64,000 nucleotides of DNA from Octopus sinensis (GCF_006345805.1 NC_042997.1:194990001-195054000); one strand, 5' to 3'; shown: positions 24,121 to 39,336, numbered from the stretch's first letter. Notes: generated by a model from the letters alone, not told the origin. Numbers and translations: made by a program.

Positions 24121-27100
24121 CCCATGCAAGTTTGATGTCTTGCAAAAAGCAGCTTTATTGGACACAGCACACATCTTAAGGAAAGTATTATCTGTCTGAG
24201 GTCTTTGTTCTAACTTGACAGACTAAAGACTCCGGTGCATTTTTACCTACACTGTGTTATGAAGGAATGATAATATAAAAAGGCCACCAGACAGATTGGT
24301 TATGGAGTCAATTTCAAATACACAACAACTTCAGGCTCTAGATGTGCTGTCTGTTTCTTTATTTTTCCTCTTGTACTGCTCTACCGCAGTGGCTAATGCT
24401 CCTCTGGGACTGGCCGATCCCATGCCACTATCACTCAGGTTCATCCACCCTCACTTATCCCTCTTCCTCTCTTCACCCAAGTCCCACATAAACAATTATT
24501 TCTGGACCTTTCTTCTCAGAATGTCATTCAACTAGAATTTCCTCCTGACCCACACCTTTCCTACACATGCTAACTTGCAGTTGTTGAAGAACATCAACTG
24601 TGCCAATCTTCCTGGTTTCAAAGACGTGCAAAAGTCATGAGAAAAGCCTTTCCACTAGATCAAACCAAAGTCCATCCCCTCCTCACTGTGGTGGGGACAT
24701 TGGTAATGGGTAGTGTCAGAGCTATGCCGTCAGGAACTTCGGTTCCTGGTAGGGCCACCCAAGGCAGATTGGTCTGACACTGAGTGGTATTAGGGTCACA
24801 ACCTGGCAGACGGGGCTCTGGTGAAAATCCTTGGAGTGTCCTTTTCGGCAACTGGTGGCTCCTCGGTCGTTCTGTCCCTGCGTTTGCAGACAATCTGCGG
24901 CAAACAGAATGTCTCTACATGCGGGATTGGTGGGGACCACTTGTCAAATCCACATATTCCCATGAAACTTCCTCCATGAATTCTCAATGGCGAATACCAA
25001 TGCCTTGAGGGTGGTAGAAGAAGCCGACTCAACCTGCCTAGGGTGAATGTCGCCACAAGTACAAGTAAGTAAGTATCAAACCATAAATTTAAAAAAAACA
25101 ACCCATCAGTTCCTAAATTATGTGAGGATCAGTGGTAAGGGTATAACTGAAAACAACACAATGATATTACTGGATAAGACAAAACATACTTACATAGCAA
25201 GCATCTTTTGACCATAAGAGATTTGTTTGTGGGAGAGTTGAATCTTCTGGTTGAGACTAAAATTTGCATAAAAGAAATGGGGAACACACAATAAATAACA
25301 TTATATTTGGAAAGTAAAGGAAAGGAAAACTTGGTAAAATATTAATAATAATCCTAACTCACAATATGTTGGAGGCCAGAACTTTAGGATTCCGAGAAAC
25401 AGGAAATTAATCAATCGTCCCTCAGAAAGGGCATCCTGTCATTCTTACCTCATCTGAACTAGAGATAACTTCATGTTTAAACAGAGATCATATTCCACAT
25501 GGTCACATTTTCCACTAATGTGTCCAAAAATTCAGGCTTAAGGTTCTCTGGAAATGGCTGACATCTTTTATGTCCAATGTCTTCCTTCTGTTCATGTAGT
25601 GCCGGCATTTTACATGCCATGTTAACTGATATTTGGCAACTCGGCAGCTTTACGTTAAATAAGAATAAAAAATAAAAATACAATTGAGTATGGAAGTATA
25701 GACTTTAGCTTATAAGCTCAGTAGCGTCCACAGTTTATAATGAATGCAAAATAGACAAATCATGTTTCATGTTAAACGTTAAAGTTAACAAGTTTTACAC
25801 ATTGTTTTCATAATTCACAGCAATTTGTTTTTAGTTTTCTTTTAGATGACTGGTCACTATGGAAGATGCCTCAATTAATCATTAATCCTCTCTTTTTTGA
25901 GAATGAAACTAATTTAGAAATACTCTGTTTTTTTGTTTTTTTTTGGTATATACATCACAAGCCAAATTTACCTTTTAATTGCATTTAATATGGTATACAT
26001 GGAAAAGAGGAAAAATGTTATTTAAAAAAGAAATGATCTGTAGGTTAGCTTAACAAGAAAGATATAGCCTAAACAGAATAAAATTACAACAAAACCTAAA
26101 ATGGAATGACCTTTATGATATATTTTGGTGAAAATTTAGTCAATGTTTTCCTTCATTTTCAAGAATCTTTGCTTCAATTATGCAGTGTTTACTGCACATG
26201 GGATGTGTATGGCCTGATGGAAAATAACAGACATCAAGAGGCAGAGTTCAGACACTGAAGATGCAAAGAAAAACTCACATTTCCTCATTCCCCATCAACT
26301 CTCCCTGTGATAAATACCTCCCTATTCTTCTATACCATCCTTGGCCTGAACAGCCACTTTGGGCACCGGTACCCTTTGCACCCATCAGGATGCGAAGAGG
26401 TTCAATCATTGGCTACAGATCTACTACTTGGCTATGAGTTAATACCAACTGTGCATAGCATTATATCTCACTACCATATTTAAATAAGATCTCTCACCAT
26501 TTCCATTTGGAAACTCTAAATTCCATGCTACCATTTCTTCAACTACTCAGTTAGTTCTCTCTTACTGTCACTGTAGATTTTTCAATACAAACAAGGCTGT
26601 TTCTGACCCACATTCTATTAACATCAGTGTGCATCGGTGACTGGTTGGATCTATCTATTTTTTATACTCTTCTTTCACTACATTACTACCAAGCCAACAG
26701 TAACTTCTAACCATATTCCTCCTTGGCTTGTGAGTGGATTTGTTAGACGGAAACCGAAAAAAGCCTGTCATATGCTTGTGTGTGTGTACATGCGTATGTG
26801 TTCCACCACTACTTGACAACCAGTGTAGGTGTGTTTATATTCCCATAACTTAGCAGTTCAGTAAAAGAAACTGACCGAAGTACCAGGCTTAAAAAAAAGT
26901 CTTTGGGGTCAATTCATTCAACTAAGAAATCTTCAAGATGGTGCTCCAGCATGGCCAGTGTCTAATGACTGAAACAAATAGAAGATAAAAGATACAGAAG
27001 CTTATGCATCAACTGCATCAACTTCACCGGTCTGAAATTGCAGTTGATTAAAGTTGGGACGGATATTCTAACCTCTGTAGAACTTCTGCTTTCTGGTTTC

Positions 27101-30100
27101 CTTTTTGTTTGTTCCTTCTTGAGCCATGCCTGGCTCATAAGGGCCGGTTTCCCGGCTTCCTTGGCGTATAGGTTTCCTACCTGGATGGGACGCCAATCCA
27201 TCGCAGGTGAGCTGCAAGATGCAGGAGGAAAGAGTGAGAGAAAGTTGTGGCGAAAGAGTCAGCAGAAGTTCGCCACTACCTTCTGCTGGAGCTGCATGGA
27301 GCTTAGGTGTTTCGCTCATAAACACACACATCGCCCGGTCTGAGATTCGAACCCGCAATCCCTCAACCACAAGCCCGCTGCTCTAACCACTAGGCCATGT
27401 GCCTCCACTTTCTTGTTTCCTGCTTATATTACAATGAATTTATTAGTCTATATGTTGGGGGTAGTGTTTTCTAAGTACATTATAGGCACAGGTATGGCTG
27501 TGTGGTTAAGAAGTTTGCCTTACAATCACATGGTCTTAGGTTCAAGCCTCCTGTACAGCACCTTCACACTTCGGAAAGGGTCTTCTACTATTGACCAAGG
27601 CCAACTAATAATTTTACAGAGAAATTGGTAGATGGAAAGTGCATGGAGGGCCATAAGGTGTATGTGTATGCATGCAAACAATGCAAACACATGTTACTTC
27701 CATATTTGTGAAACTCAATTCAAATCTTTCACATAAGATGGTAAGAGTCAAAAAAGGAAAAAACATGGATGGTGTTGTCATGTTTACATTTCTGGCAAAC
27801 ATTACGTGCTGTAGCTCTGTGCTCTGAAAGTACTGGAATAAAAAAAAAGAAACCCTTTCTCATGACACAGATAAGGGTTGGCAAAAAGAAGAGCATCCAG
27901 CTGCAAAATACTGCCTGGAATGAGTACCTCTCTAACTGATGCAGGCATAGAAAAACAGACGTGAAACAAATGAATGAATAATCTGTAACATTTGGCAACT
28001 TCACACCAAAACCTGTACTGTGCAAGATACTAGTAAGATCCAGTTACTTAATTCACTAGTGTAATATCGGTTTCAAGTTTTGGCACAAGGCCAGCAATTT
28101 CTAGGGAGTAGGTAAGTAAATTACATCAACCTTAGTGCTCAACGGGTGCTTATTTTATTGACCCTGAAATGATGAAAAACAGAGTTGACCCCAGCAGTGT
28201 TTGAACCCAGAACATAAAGATGGAAGAAATACTGCTAAGCATTTTGGCTGAAGTACTAACAATTCTACCAGCTTACTACCATAATTTACTAGTATAATAT
28301 TGACTATCATCTCATTCTCTTCTGAAATAAATTAATAACATATGAAATAAAGAAAAGAATTTGAACAAAAATGATCATTAATGATTAATTAAAACTAAAA
28401 ACAAATGAAACTAATTTTTGTATTGGCTTCATTGGAGACATTGGAGCTGAAACTTGGGACTTTTTCGGTTTGAACGGCAGTTTTTAAAAATAATTTCCAC
28501 ATAGGCGCAGGAGTGGCTGTGTGGTAAGTAGCTTGCTAACCAACCACATGGTTCCGGGTTCAGTCCCACTGCGTGGCATCTTGGGCAAGTGTCTTCTGCT
28601 ATAGCTCCGGGCCGACCAATGCCTTGTGAATGAATTTGGTAGACGGAAACTGAAAGAAGCCTGTCGTATATATGTATATGTATATATATATATGTATATA
28701 TGTGTGTGTGTTTGTGTGTCTGTGTTTGTCCCCCTAGCATTGCTTGACAACCGATGCTGGTGTGTTTACGTCCCCGTCACTTAGCGGTTCGGCAAAAGAG
28801 ACCGATAGAATCAGTACTGGGCTTACAAAGAATAAGTCCCGGGGTCGATTTGCATGTCAAATGACTGAAACAAGTAAAAGAGTAAAGAGTAAGAGTATAA
28901 CTAAACACTTTTAAACTTCGTATACTGGTAGAATGTGTTTATAAAACATCTTTTTCTCTTGGCTTTATTGAGAAAATTCTATAGTTGTAAGATATTTGTT
29001 GCAATTTCAACCAATCAGTGACGTCTATTGAGGTAAAAAAACATTCTGTGCCGTATGAATATGTCCCTCGTTTAAGAAACAGATTGGGTTTATTTACATT
29101 TGTGAAGAAAAAAAGATACCATTCCCCCACCACTAACCCTAAAAGAGATTGAAATGCAATAGATCGATACTAGGGTCATAATTATGGGTGACAATTTCAT
29201 ATGACACCGCTAGAAAAAACTGCCATTCAAACCGAAAAGATCCGAAACTTGGTTTCAGAAACAATTGTTAGTTTTAACATACAGCAACTCCTTTTTAACA
29301 GATCATGAGAAATGCTTGTGAGGTATGAATCCAGCATCTAAAATTGATAGGGATTTTAAAAGAATCTATAAAATATGGTGAAAATTTGATTTCTGAGAAA
29401 GTGTGATGAAATGACTTTGAAAACAGGCCAACAGAACACAGAAACAGTCTCTTAGATGGGTCAATGAGACAACCTATAAATTATAACCTATAAAATAATA
29501 AAATTCAATAATTCATTAATATAAACTGTACTGCAAACTAGCATAGTTTACCATCCATTTTGAAAGGAAAGAAAATTCAGAAAAATAATTATTCACATTG
29601 AAATGTAATTAGTTTGTTTCAGGGGAGCAAGTAAGTCAATTACATCAACCTTAGTGCTCAACTGGTGCTTAATTTATTGACCCTAAAATGATGAAAAGCA
29701 GAGTTGACCCCAGCAGTGTTTGAACCCAGAACATAAAGATGGAAGCATTTCAAATACTTGAGGACAATGTTTAAATTTGACAAATTAGTAGAAAATTTAG
29801 TTAAGATATTCAATTAACAAATAAAATGTCATTTGATGTACTGTAAATTATTATTGCACTTCCTATACAAAATTCTACTGGGATCCACTATTGAATGTTG
29901 CTCCCATATCTAGTGGGGTTGCTTCTACACATACTCACACACAAACATCTTAGACTGCATCTATAGAAAGTCTCTATGGATCAAAGACATGCCATTTCCT
30001 ATCTCTGCCTTTTTCACTTTTTACTACAACTACAGAAGACTCTGCTCCTCAGAGCTGATTGGCTGATCTCATGCTGCTGCTGCCGCTTTCCTTGTCCTTA

Positions 30101-32886
30101 CTGCTACCTATTTCTTTACTATCCACAAGGGGCTAAACACAGAGAGGACAAACAAGGACAGACACATGGATTAAGTCGATTATATCGATCCCAGTGCATA
30201 ACTGGTACTTATTTAATCGAGCCTGAAAGGATGAAAGGCAAAGTCGACCTTGGCGGAATTTGAACTCAGAACGTAGCGGCAGATGAAATACCTATTTCTT
30301 TACTATCCACAAGGGGCTAAACACAGAGGGGACAAACAAGGACAGACACATGGATTAAGTCGATTATATCGACCCCAGTGCATAACTGGTACTTATTTAA
30401 TCGAGCCTGAAAGGATGAAAGGCAAAGTCGACCTTGGCGGAATTTGAACTCAGAACGTAGCGGCAGATGAAATACCTATTTCTTTACTACCCACAAGGGA
30501 CTAAACACAGAGGGGACAAACAAGGACAGACAAACGGATTAAGTCAATTATATTGACCCCAGTGCATAACTAGTGCTTATCTAATCGACCCCGAAAGGAT
30601 GAAAGGCAAAGTCGACTTCGGCGGAATTTGAACTCAGAATGTAATGGCAGATGAAATATGGCTATGCATTTCGCCCGGCGTGCTAACGTTTCTGCCAGCT
30701 CGCCACCTTATGTTCAACCTTGCCAGCTCTGTGTTAGTCACAACACCCAGTTCTTTCTCACCAAAATGTCATTCCTCTATGATTCCTTCCTTGCAATTGG
30801 TGACTTATGCGGAAGCACTAACCACATTGATCTCGTTGGTATTGGAAGACCTGTGAAAGAACAACAAAAACTCAAGAAGTTTGGCTGACAGGCAAGCTTC
30901 CCTAAGTCAACATCTTACAACCAACCACTGTACTATGACTTCCAAGTATCTCTTTTGCTGCATCTATAAAAGTTTCCACTCTTACAAAACTATATACCAC
31001 CTGTTTTTGCAATGTCTCTACTGTGTCTCTCTCCCTTCCACACACACCAAACATTTGACTTAAGCCTTTCTCCAAAAGCTACAACCCTCAAGAAGTCCTT
31101 CCCAGCCATGTTTTCCCTCCAGATATCAACACAGAGAAGTTTCAGCTAAACACCAACTACATCAACCACAAAAATCTACAAACACTGGCTTCTTAATATT
31201 AGAATAAATAGAACTTCTGGTTCTTCTAATATTTACTCCCCTAATATTAACTGATGTTTCTTTTCTACTCTAGACATAAAGCCTGAAATATTTGGGGAGG
31301 GGGTATTTAATTTATTGACCCCCAAAAGGATGAAAGGCAAAGTCGACCTCGGCAGAATTTGAACTCAGAATGTAAAGACAGACAAAATACCACTAAGCAT
31401 TTCAACCAGTGTGCTAACGTTACTGCCAGCTTGCTGCCTTAGATATTCTTTTCTACTCTAGGCACAAGGCCCAAAAAGATTTTGGAGAGGAGGCCAATTG
31501 ATTTGATCGAACCCCTGTACACAACTGGTACTTAATTTATCGACCTTGAAAGGATGAAAGGCAAAGTTGACTGCGGCAGAATTTGAACTCAGAATGTAAA
31601 GACAAAAGAAATGCCACTTAACATTTCACCCAGTATGCTAACATTTCTTATTTCTTTATTGCCCACAAGGGGCTAAACATAGAGGGGACAAACAAGGACA
31701 GACAAAGGGATAAAGTCGATTACATCGACTCCAGTGTGTAACTGGTACTTAATTTATCGACCCCGAAAGGATGAAAGGAAAAGTTGACCGTGGCAGAATT
31801 TGAAATCAGAATGTAAAGACAGATGAAATACCACTAAGCATTTCGACCAGTGTGCTAACGTTACTGCCAGCTTGCTGCCTTAGATATTCTTCTCTACTCT
31901 GGGCACAAGGCACAAAAGTTTTTGGGGAGGGGGCCAGTTGTATTCCCGGAGATATTCAAGACATCTTTCAACATATGAAGACTCTCAGGTCATTTTTGCA
32001 TTCTCTATACATTTTACAATAGTCCAGGAAACATGAAGATTTATATCCTGTCTTTGAGATATTTAGAGAAATTTTATCTACACTAACTATGACAACCTGT
32101 TCTGGTAAGAACTCAAGTGTTAACATTACATGTACAAGTGTTTCTATAAATGGATTATTTAAAAAAAAAAAACTGAGACACTGAGAAGTGGGAAGTTTTG
32201 AACTGTCAACTATCATGTGACATATTATAGCAATTCACTGGAAATATTTAGGAACTGAATATCTTTGCTGCAAGAAGACAGCTGATATACAGTGTCATTG
32301 AAAGCTGGTTTGTATAATGACAAATAAAGGGGTTTTGATGATTAACCCTTTCATTACCAAACCAGCTGAAACCAGCTCTGGCACTGAGTACAAATCTCTT
32401 GTTTCCATAAATTTTGAATTAAATTCTTCCAGCAAACCTTAGTCACAATTTATGTTCCTGATACTAACTGAATGATAACTAAGTTATTTTACTAAATTCT
32501 TTGTTATATTTAAAGCAACTGAAAGAAACACAGAGCATCTCAAAATAAATACAGTAATGAAAGGGTGAATCAGAGTAGGAAAGAAACCACAGCTACTGAG
32601 CTATCTCCATGTGAGAGACTTGGTCCTGTGTGAGGTGAATTCAGCTCAGGTGGTGGTGTTGACTCAGGTGACAGGTAAAAATCTATCATTTAAGGGTCAT
32701 ACACATAGCTCTATATTAATGAAATTATCATCATAGGCACAGGAGTGGCTGTGTGGTAAGTAGCTTGCTTACCAACCACATGGTTCCAGGTTCAGTCCCA
32801 CTGTGTGGCACCTTGGGCAAGTGTCTTCTACTATAGCCTCAGCCTTGTAAGTTGATTTGGTTGATGGAAACTGAAAGAAGCTTGTC

Positions 32887-32940
<54 letters not shown>

Positions 32941-35900
32941 ATATGTTTGCGTGTCTTGCGTGTTTGTCCCCCCCACCCCACAATCGCTTGACAACTGATG
33001 TTGGTTTGTTTACATCCCCGTAACTTAGCAGTTCAGCAAAAGAGACCGATAGAATAAGTACTGGGCTTTCAAAGAATAAATCCTGGGAGCAGGTCGATTT
33101 GTTCAACTAATGGTGGTGCTCCAGCATGGTTCGCAGACAAATGACTCCCACAAATAAAAGAGTAAAAGAAAAAAAATCATTTAACGCCTGTCATCCATGC
33201 TGGCATGGGTTGGACAGTTTGACCAGGGCTGGCAAGCTGGAAACCTGCACCAGACTCCAGTCTGATTTGGCATAGTTTCTACAGTTGGATGCCCTTCCTA
33301 ATGCCAACCACTCCGAGAGTGTAATGAATTCATGTATCATAATAAAGAATGTGGAATATTAATGAAGGGGATGCTTCATTAATTCTTTAGTAATCATTCT
33401 TTGAATAACATGTAAAGACAAGTTTTCTAGATGAGGGTTTACGGTCAGTTGACCTGGACCTAGTATTACCGGTACTTTATTTTATCACCTTTGGATAAAT
33501 GAAATAGAATAGCTATTCTGGAAGATTTGAAATAAAAATTTGAACAGATGAAACTGTACGCCAAGTTAATAAATATTTGAATAGAAATTAAAATAACAAG
33601 TAACAAATTGTGTTATTTGAGAATCATAAATAACAAATTGTATGGTTAAGCAACAACAAAAAAAAAATAATAAATGGAGGAAACTAATAAAAGTAAAAAG
33701 TAAAAATAAAAAGATGAGCAAGCTAAATATTTAAAATATGTTTTTTATGAAATTACCATTTCAAGAGGAACACATTTAACCGAAGTTAGCTTCAAGTCAT
33801 TTTGGTGCAGCTGGATGGATTGTGGCAAAATAGTTAATTTCAAATCAGTTTGAACGGTCAACCAGCCACTATTGGAACAGCTGGTGCCATCTGAAGGGAA
33901 AGAAAAAGAATAATTTCAAGAGATATATTTTGTGAGATAAAAATAATATCTGTCTTGAATCTACAAACTCATAAAGCTGGAGCTTATCTGGGTTTTTAAG
34001 GTAATTAGACAACCAAGAATCATGACACTCCATGGTTACAGTGGCAGTAAGCTCAAAAATGACATAGGAACGTAGTGATATGCAGCACTGAAGAGTTATG
34101 AATTAACACGGAAAATAAATAAAAATAGATGCCAAAATAATGATATTTAGGAGGATAAAGAAATAAAGTCAATCAAAATATTTGAACATGATTAAATTCA
34201 AAGTTCTGTTCAATGATAAAATAATCACAACTTCAAAATATTGTCTGTTTTCTTAACATATTCCTATGCCATTTTTGAGCTACTGTCACTGAGGGTACTG
34301 GTTTTCAGCTGAATGAACTGGCGGAATAGACAATGAAGAGCCTTGCTGAAGGACATAACACACTACTTGGTTTGAGAATTGAACTCAAGGTCTAATGATA
34401 ACGAACTTAACACCTTAACTACTAGGCTGCATGCCTTTATGTTTAATGACACTTCATATGAAATATTGACTAAAATTTCATTCTCTTCTGAAAACAGCAA
34501 ATAACAGATCTGTATTAGGGAGTCTAGGACATTTATCTACCTCTTCCCCCATGGACAATAAATCCCTAAAGACAATTACCCCTGAGGACAACAGATGAGG
34601 ATTTAAAACTTAATATATTGGAGAGGGGGTAATTAACCAAGCTAAGTAAATTTCCAAGGGGGTAGTTGTTGTTGGAGGGGAATTGTCCTATGAGGGGTAT
34701 TTGTCCTGATACAGTTATGGGTGGAGGTAGTCATCAGTAGTAACTGTGGTATCATCATCATTATTGCTTTAATGTCTATTTTTCTGTGCTTGCATGGATC
34801 AGATGGAATTTGCCAAGGCAGAATTTTTCTTTTCACAGCTGGATGCTCTTCCTGTCATCAATGCTCACCTGTTTCCAAGCAAGTTAATATTTCCCCATCA
34901 AAATAAATATCAAATGGAAATTGTAGTTGTGATACCTGTGCCGGTGGCTCGTAAAAAGCACCAACCGATCGTGGTCGCTGCTAGCCTCCCCTGGCCCCTG
35001 TGCCGGTGGCACATAAAAAGCACCCACTACACTCACGGAGTGGTTGGCGTTAGGAAGGGCATCCAGCTGTAGAAACACTGCCAGATCAGACCGGAGCCTG
35101 GTGCAGCCTCCTGGCTTCCCAGACCCTAGTTCAACCGTCCAACCCGTGCTAGCACGGAAAACGGACGTTAAATGATGATGATGATGATGAATGACACTGC
35201 TTGTATGACAGTGACACAACCAGCACATAATATCAAGTCAAGGGTACACACACACACGTGTTTGGGCTTCTCTTTCAGTTTATGCTTACCAAATCTAGTG
35301 ACAAGGCCTTGGTTGGCCCTGAGCTATAGCAGAAGACACTTGCCCAAGGTGTCACACAGTGGGACTGACTTGACACAATATGGTTGGAAAGCAAGCTTCT
35401 CAATCACACATCCACCAACGTGCCACCTCATTTTCACATGGTGTGATAGTTGTAAATGAGTGTCACCAACATAAAAGCGGTGTTGTTTATGTCTTATTAT
35501 GGGGAAATATAACCTTGCTAGGAAATAAGTGAAGGCTGGTGACAAGAAAGGCATCTGGATATAGAAAACCTGCCTCAATAAACTCTGTCTGACCCATGAT
35601 AGCATGGAAAAGTAGACATTAAAACATTCTTCATAAAATTCAGTCCTTTATCTTTCTGGTGTCTTTGGGGAAATAACAATCATCAAAACATTTTAATATT
35701 ACTGCTGCTATACACCTGATACAGAGGGACGGCTCAAAGTACTGGCAACTTGGGCAGTTGCCCAGGGCGCCATGTGTCTTTTTAATCTACATTTTCAGTT
35801 TTTCTTCTTGTGAAAGTTTTAAAAAATTATACTTGTAAAGGCGCTGAAGTTCAGCTTGCCCAGGGCACCAAGCAACCCTAGAGCTGGCCCTGCTGACACA

Positions 35901-38900
35901 TTACACTTATGTAAGACAGCAAGAATAATCTTTTGGTAACTGGCATCGAGATAAACTGATTAGCAATAATTGACAACAAACATAGCTTTGCGCCAGCATT
36001 TGAAACCAATATTTGACAACAGTAAAAATAGCAGAATGCAACTTACCAATGATACCAAATTGGTCACAGAATCTTACATGCTGGGAAGAATCATCTGAAA
36101 AGTAAATTTATTTTATGATAATACACAAAATACATAAAAAATACAAGGCATATAAAAAGATACTATTTGACACACACACACACACATATTTTCTTGGCTT
36201 AGCTTCTGAATGAAGATTTACAAAGCGGGGTGTCCACATCTGTTGCAGAATTTCAAATCGAGGCACTAAGGCCTCTTACCGTTCTTCCCTGACCAGGCAA
36301 CTTGCCTCCCGCAAGCAATCCTAAGTCAGGGCTCCAGAAAGCTGTATTGGTCCTTGGGATAGGAGTCCATCACTCTGAACATATTTTCCATTATAACCTC
36401 TGCAATTACCTACTGAGGCCAATCTGGATCTTCAGTCCAGGATAGGACCCCCTCTCTCCGACCCTCTAGCTTCTTCACAAAGCTCTGTACAGCCCCTCCC
36501 TTATGAAAGATCACATATTCATCCTACATCATAATGGGAGGGGCCACAGTTTCCTCTGTCGGTGGCACAATTCCCACTGACGAGGTTTCAGGACATGCCA
36601 GCAGTGTACTACTAACCACCGGCAATGTCTCTTTCTTTTTTTTTTCTCCCTTGTGCTACAGGAGGGTGTAGCTCTTCTGCTTTATCCAGAGGATCTTCCC
36701 TCCCTCCCGCAGCCTTGGGGTCTGTCAGTGGGCAACACAAAGAACACTGGTGGTGGTACTACATAAAAAGCATTCAGTTCCCTCTGTAAAGTGGTTGATG
36801 TTAGCAAGGGCATTCAGCTGTAGAAACCCAAGCTAAAATAGATTATGGGACCTGGTGTGACTTCTGGCCTTCCCAGCTACAGCCAAACTGTGTAACTCAT
36901 GCCAGCATGGAAAACGGATGTTAAATGGTGATGAGGATGATGACAATGATTAAAAGTGTAATACCAACCTGAATGATGCCATGTTCTTTGTGTGAGGTTC
37001 GCTTCCCACCTCATTACAATGAAGCTGTCAACATTTTGGTTACATGGGGAACTGACAATGTTACAGACGTAGTAGGAATAACTGAAGGTTGTTTTGCCAG
37101 TTATTATTAATTCAGTACTCCAAACATTATATCTGAAAAACACAAAAGTATTACAAAGTTTGCTAAGTTTCAGGGATGTAAACAACCCGACATTGGTCAA
37201 ACACAAAGACACACACAAACATCTCTCTCTTTACTCTTTTACTCGATTCAGTCATTTGACTGCGGCCATGCTGGAGCACAGCCTTTTAGTAGAGCAAATC
37301 GACCCCAGGACTTATTCTTTGGAAGCCTAGTACTTATTCTATCGGTCTCTTTTGCCAAAGTGCTAAGTTACAGGGATGTAAACACACCAGCATCGGTTGT
37401 CAAGCGATGTTGGGGGGACAAACACAGACACACAAACATATACACACATATACATTTATATATATATACATATATACGACGGGCTTCTTTCAGTTTCCTA
37501 TTTCTTTATTGCCCACAAGGGGCTAAACATAGAGAGGACAAACAAGGACAGACAAAGGGATTAAGTCGATTACATTGACCCCAGTGTGTAACTGGTACTT
37601 AATTTATTGACCCCGAAAGGATGAAAGGCAAATTCAACTTTGGTGGAATTTGAACTCAGAATGTAACGGCAGAGGATATACCACTAAGCATTTCGCCTGG
37701 CATGCTAATGTTTCTGGCAGCTTGCTGCCTCAGGCTTCTTTCAGTTTTCGTCTACCAAATTCACTCAAGTCTTTAGTCGGCCCGAGGCTATAGTAGAAGA
37801 CACTTGCCCAAGGTGCCACGCAGTGGGAATGAACCCGGAACCATGTGGTTGGTAAGCAAGCTACTAACCACACAGCCACTCTGGCGCCTATATATAGAAT
37901 GGACTTCTAGGAGTTTCCATCAACCAAATCCACTCACAAGGCTTTGGTCAGCCTGAGGCTATCATAGAAGACACTTGCCCAAGGTGCCACGCAGTGGAAC
38001 TGAACCCAGGCCCATGTGGTTGAGAAGAAAACTTCTTAACCACACAGCTGTACTGACACCTGTAATATATGTAGTTAAGATGGTGATCTGGCAGAAATGT
38101 TACCATGCTGGGTGAAATGCTTAGCAGTATTTCGTCTGCCGTTATGTTCTGAGCTCAAATTCTGCCGAGGTAGACTTTGCCTTTCATCCTTTCGGGGTCA
38201 ATAAATTAAGTACCATTTACACACTGGGGTCGATGTAATCGACTTAATTCGTTTGTCTGTCCTTGTTTGTCCTCTCTGTGTTTAACCCCTTGTGAGTAGT
38301 AAAGAAATAGGTATTTCATCCACCATTATGTTCTGATTTTAATTCTGCTGAGATCAACTTTGCCTTTCATCCTTTCAGGGTTGATAAATTAAGTACTAGT
38401 TGTGTATTGGAGTCAACCTAATTAACTGGCTCCCCCCACAAAAATTTTGGGTCATGTGCCTAGAGTCATCATCGTCGTCATCATCGTCGTTTAACGTCCG
38501 TTCTCCATGCTAGCATGGGTTGGACGGTTCGACCGGGGTTCTGGGAAGCCAGAAGGCTGCACCAGGCTCCAGTCTAATTTGGCAATGTTTCTACAGCTGG
38601 ATGCCCTTCCTAACGCCAACCAGAGTAGAAAAGAATATGTGTAGTAAAATATTTGATGAAAAGAAACATTGCTCTTTTTCCTTTTTTGCTGAAATTCCTA
38701 ACATATTTCTTTATTAATTGATTTATTTGATGTTAATGAAAGATTTTACCCCATCTTCATTTCAGCATTATCTGAAGGCCACATAGTTCCTAACTCAAGC
38801 TGTCAAACAACAGAAACGACAAATAGTCTCTCTTATCTTTTTAATTGTTTCAGATACTGGATTTTGGCCATGCTGGAGCAATACCTTAAAGGCTTTACTT

Positions 38901-39336
38901 GAACCATAATTTGGTCCTTCTACTATCAGTCCCTTTTGCCAAACCATGATGTTATGGGGACTGGTTGCCAAGCAATAGTGAGAGGACAAATGCAAAGACA
39001 AACATAGTCACACACATATACATGGAGGGCTTCCACACAGTTTCCATTTACCAAATTCATTCACAAAGCATTGCCCAGCCCAGTGCTATAGTAGAAGACA
39101 CTTGCCCAAAGTACCACAACCCAAAACCAAGTGGTTGCAAAACAAGCTTCTTCACCACACAGCCATGTGTTATAATGTTTTGGAACTTAGCTGCGTGCAT
39201 CATAACACAATCAAGGTAAAAAGCTTGCTTCCCAACCACATGGTTCTGGGTTCAGTTCTACTGCGTGGAACCTAGGGCAAGTGTCTTCTACTATAGCCTT
39301 GGGCTGACCAAAGCCTTGTGAGTGGATTTGGTAGTC

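Noticed and set aside
30108-30708. CRISPR-like regular repeats
   Set aside because: Eukaryotic context, ~184-bp units with no unique spacers, and no cas genes.
31968-32216. 82-aa minus-strand ORF as an extra GPCPD1 exon
   Set aside because: No recognisable similarity, no convincing splice-site pair, and the frame is complete without it.
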